Part shown: one piece after another, positions 61,976 to 64,000 of the stretch
Layout: each line of letters opens with the position of its first letter
How positions within the stretch are numbered: position 1 is the first letter of the stretch
Source of the DNA: Mobula hypostoma
Taxonomy: Eukaryota
Assembly: GCF_963921235.1 (NCBI RefSeq)
Contig: NC_086105.1
Span: forward strand, 104,780,001 to 104,844,000
Reading direction: 5' to 3'
Length of the DNA: 64,000 nucleotides
Made by a program: the position numbers and the translations under genes
The notes under the pieces: generated by a model
Told to the model about the DNA's origin: nothing
The model's database searches: none
Seen by the model: only the letters and a program-made list of their open reading frames with translations

Positions 61976-62524
61976 TCGTAGCAGGATTATATTTTTTAAT
62001 TTGTTTAGTAATATGTGGAGAAAAATGGATTGACCTTTAAATATTACCTGTATCACCAATCGTGCAATGTTTCAAATATCAAGCATGGTTTGGAGTATCT
62101 AGCGATCTGGGTGCAAATTGCTCCCAAAATAGCTCTAATTGTAATTAAAAAAAAAAATTTTAAGGGACCACTCAAAATTATTTGCATATTGCTGAAAATA
62201 AAATCTGCAAGTGAGCACATTAGGAATCCATGGAAATGGACTCTTCAGCTCACCATATCCGTGGTGAAGATTTTGCCCATGTACACAATCCGTCTTGCCG
62301 CATTAGAATCAAATCCTACTATATACATTCCCATTTTAGATCATGCTTTGGAAAACCTTTGCTTTAAATATTATACTTCCAAGATTCTCCAGGAGGCACT
62401 TATGGAGTGAGGTTAACTTTGGCTTCGTTCCATTACCATTACTTTTTGTTAACCTATGATCATCCTTATTTAATTCATTTTTATGTACACTAATAGAGTT
62501 ATACTATTGAATTATCCCTGAGCT

Positions 62525-63345
62525 TTGATTGTGAAATTTGAAGAAATGAACAAAGAAATAAGTACAAGATCTAAAGGGCGTGATCCTAAAAATGGGAAAG
62601 ATTCCGACGGTAACGGGAGGAAAAAAGGTGAACCTAAGCAAACTGAATTAACTTATGATACACCGTTGAATCTTTTAAGTGTGAAATTTGATGAACAATG
62701 TCAAAGTTTTAAAGAAGACTTAAAGTCAATTAAGGATTCTTTGGAATCGCTTGGTTACGAAGTTAACCAGCAACAAAGTAAAATTGCAGAATTGAACGAT
62801 GAAGCCCGGAAGAGAGATCTGAAAATTGAGAATTTGGAACAAAAACTGTCTTTGACTTCTAAACAGCTGGAGAGTTTTAAATCCAAGATTATTGATTTTG
62901 AAAATCGATCCAGAAGACAGAACTTACGTATAATTGGTCTCCCCGAAGATGTCGAGGAAGGGTACCCTTTAAAATTCTTTTCTCGACTTTTAAAGGATGT
63001 GTTTAGCTCTGTATTTCCGAACGACCCTCCATTGCTCGATTGCGTTCTCTGTACACTTAATCGAAAACCGGGGAGTTGCCCGTCGCCAAGGTATGGTTAA
63101 ATTTCAAGATTATCAGTTCCGACTGGTGGAGTACTTTAGTCCAGAAGTGATGAAGGAGCGGCTGGCTTTCAAATCTCTGATGTTGGAATGTTACCAAAAA
63201 GGTCTTTGACCAGCTTTATTGTACACTGCGCGTTTAAGAATTTCTCCTCTAGAAGGACCACGCTGTATCTTTTATTCCACAAGTGCTGTTCAAAGTTTCT
63301 TGGATGAGCACTATCCATCTGCTACGATACTTCTCTCTAATTAAT
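62525..63345 (+). mobile_element. L1-clade LINE ORF1p (coiled coil plus RRM), frameshifted; T-rich spacer follows
   Basis: Heptad coiled coil followed by DFENRSRRQNLRIIGLPEDVEEG, the L1 ORF1p signature. Downstream FSPEVMKER...LYTARLRI matches the ORF1p C-terminal domain pattern. Confidence 0.85.
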
Positions 63346-64000
63346 GTATGGCTCTCGCAGTATTGGCTCTGTTGTTATGTGCTTCTTTTTAAAGTCTATA
63401 ATTATGAAGATGGACCTTTATAAGTTCAAGATTTTCTTTTTTTTTTGGTTAGTAGTGTAGGTATTTTTCACATTTCAATTTAAGTTTTTCTTTGATGAAT
63501 TCGTTTTTTCTTATTTTGCCAATTTCTAACTATTTGATCTTTGACATTGTTATTAATGATGTGATGCTGAATTTCTATTACAACGGAGGAACACCTTCTG
63601 TTTTTTTTTGCTTCATATAATTAAGATGGCGGTTTCTTTCCCTTTCTTCATAATACCTTTATTTTTACTGTGACATTTTCTCGTGTTCCTCTTCCCATAA
63701 TTCCTTTCTTTCTTTTGAAGTGCCATTTTTAATTATTTATGTTTGTAATTGACTAATAATGTATTGGCTTTACTCTTTTCTCTCATTTTAGAAACCACAA
63801 TATGAAGATTGTTATAGTTCAGTGTTTTTTTTTGGATTTCGGGTGGCTCTCTTTTCAACATATATCTTTGTAGTTGCCTTCTGGAGAAATAGGGGTAGAG
63901 TTAGTGTTAATTTATTCTGTGGCCTTTTTCTGGCTTAGTCTTGGGTCTTTGTGGGTGTCTTTTTACTATTAGTTTTTTCAATTGGGCTGACTTAGAACTA

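Overview
Repeat-rich vertebrate genomic DNA. The repeat landscape suggests a cartilaginous fish, probably a batoid (inference). Four spliced host genes can be built by hand with GT-AG junctions and consistent phases: C16orf96/QRICH2-like first coding exon (-, 2151-2627); complete CDIP1 (+, 4 coding exons, 212 aa, 21009-33382); complete POLR3K/RPC10 (-, 3 exons, 108 aa, 48352-51276); and the first three coding exons of SNRNP25 (+, from 53425, continuing past the window). POLR3K and SNRNP25 are head-to-head. The rest is mostly transposable elements: Penelope-like (RT + GIY-YIG), CR1, Rex1/Babar-type, L1-type and R4/Dong-type LINEs, tRNA SINEs, Harbinger, Tc1, mariner and Tigger derivatives, and a solo LTR. 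The most striking hidden structure is a minimal type I hammerhead ribozyme (stem I-CUGANGA-stem II-GAAAC-GUC-stem I') in the terminal region of the Penelope-like elements. About 14 copies or remnants are visible and three look fully intact (19051-19088 -, 40873-40912 +, 51814-51851 -). One of these is a roughly 98-bp stand-alone ribozyme-plus-tail insertion with a perfect 13-bp target-site duplication. All TE boundaries without a stated TSD are approximate.
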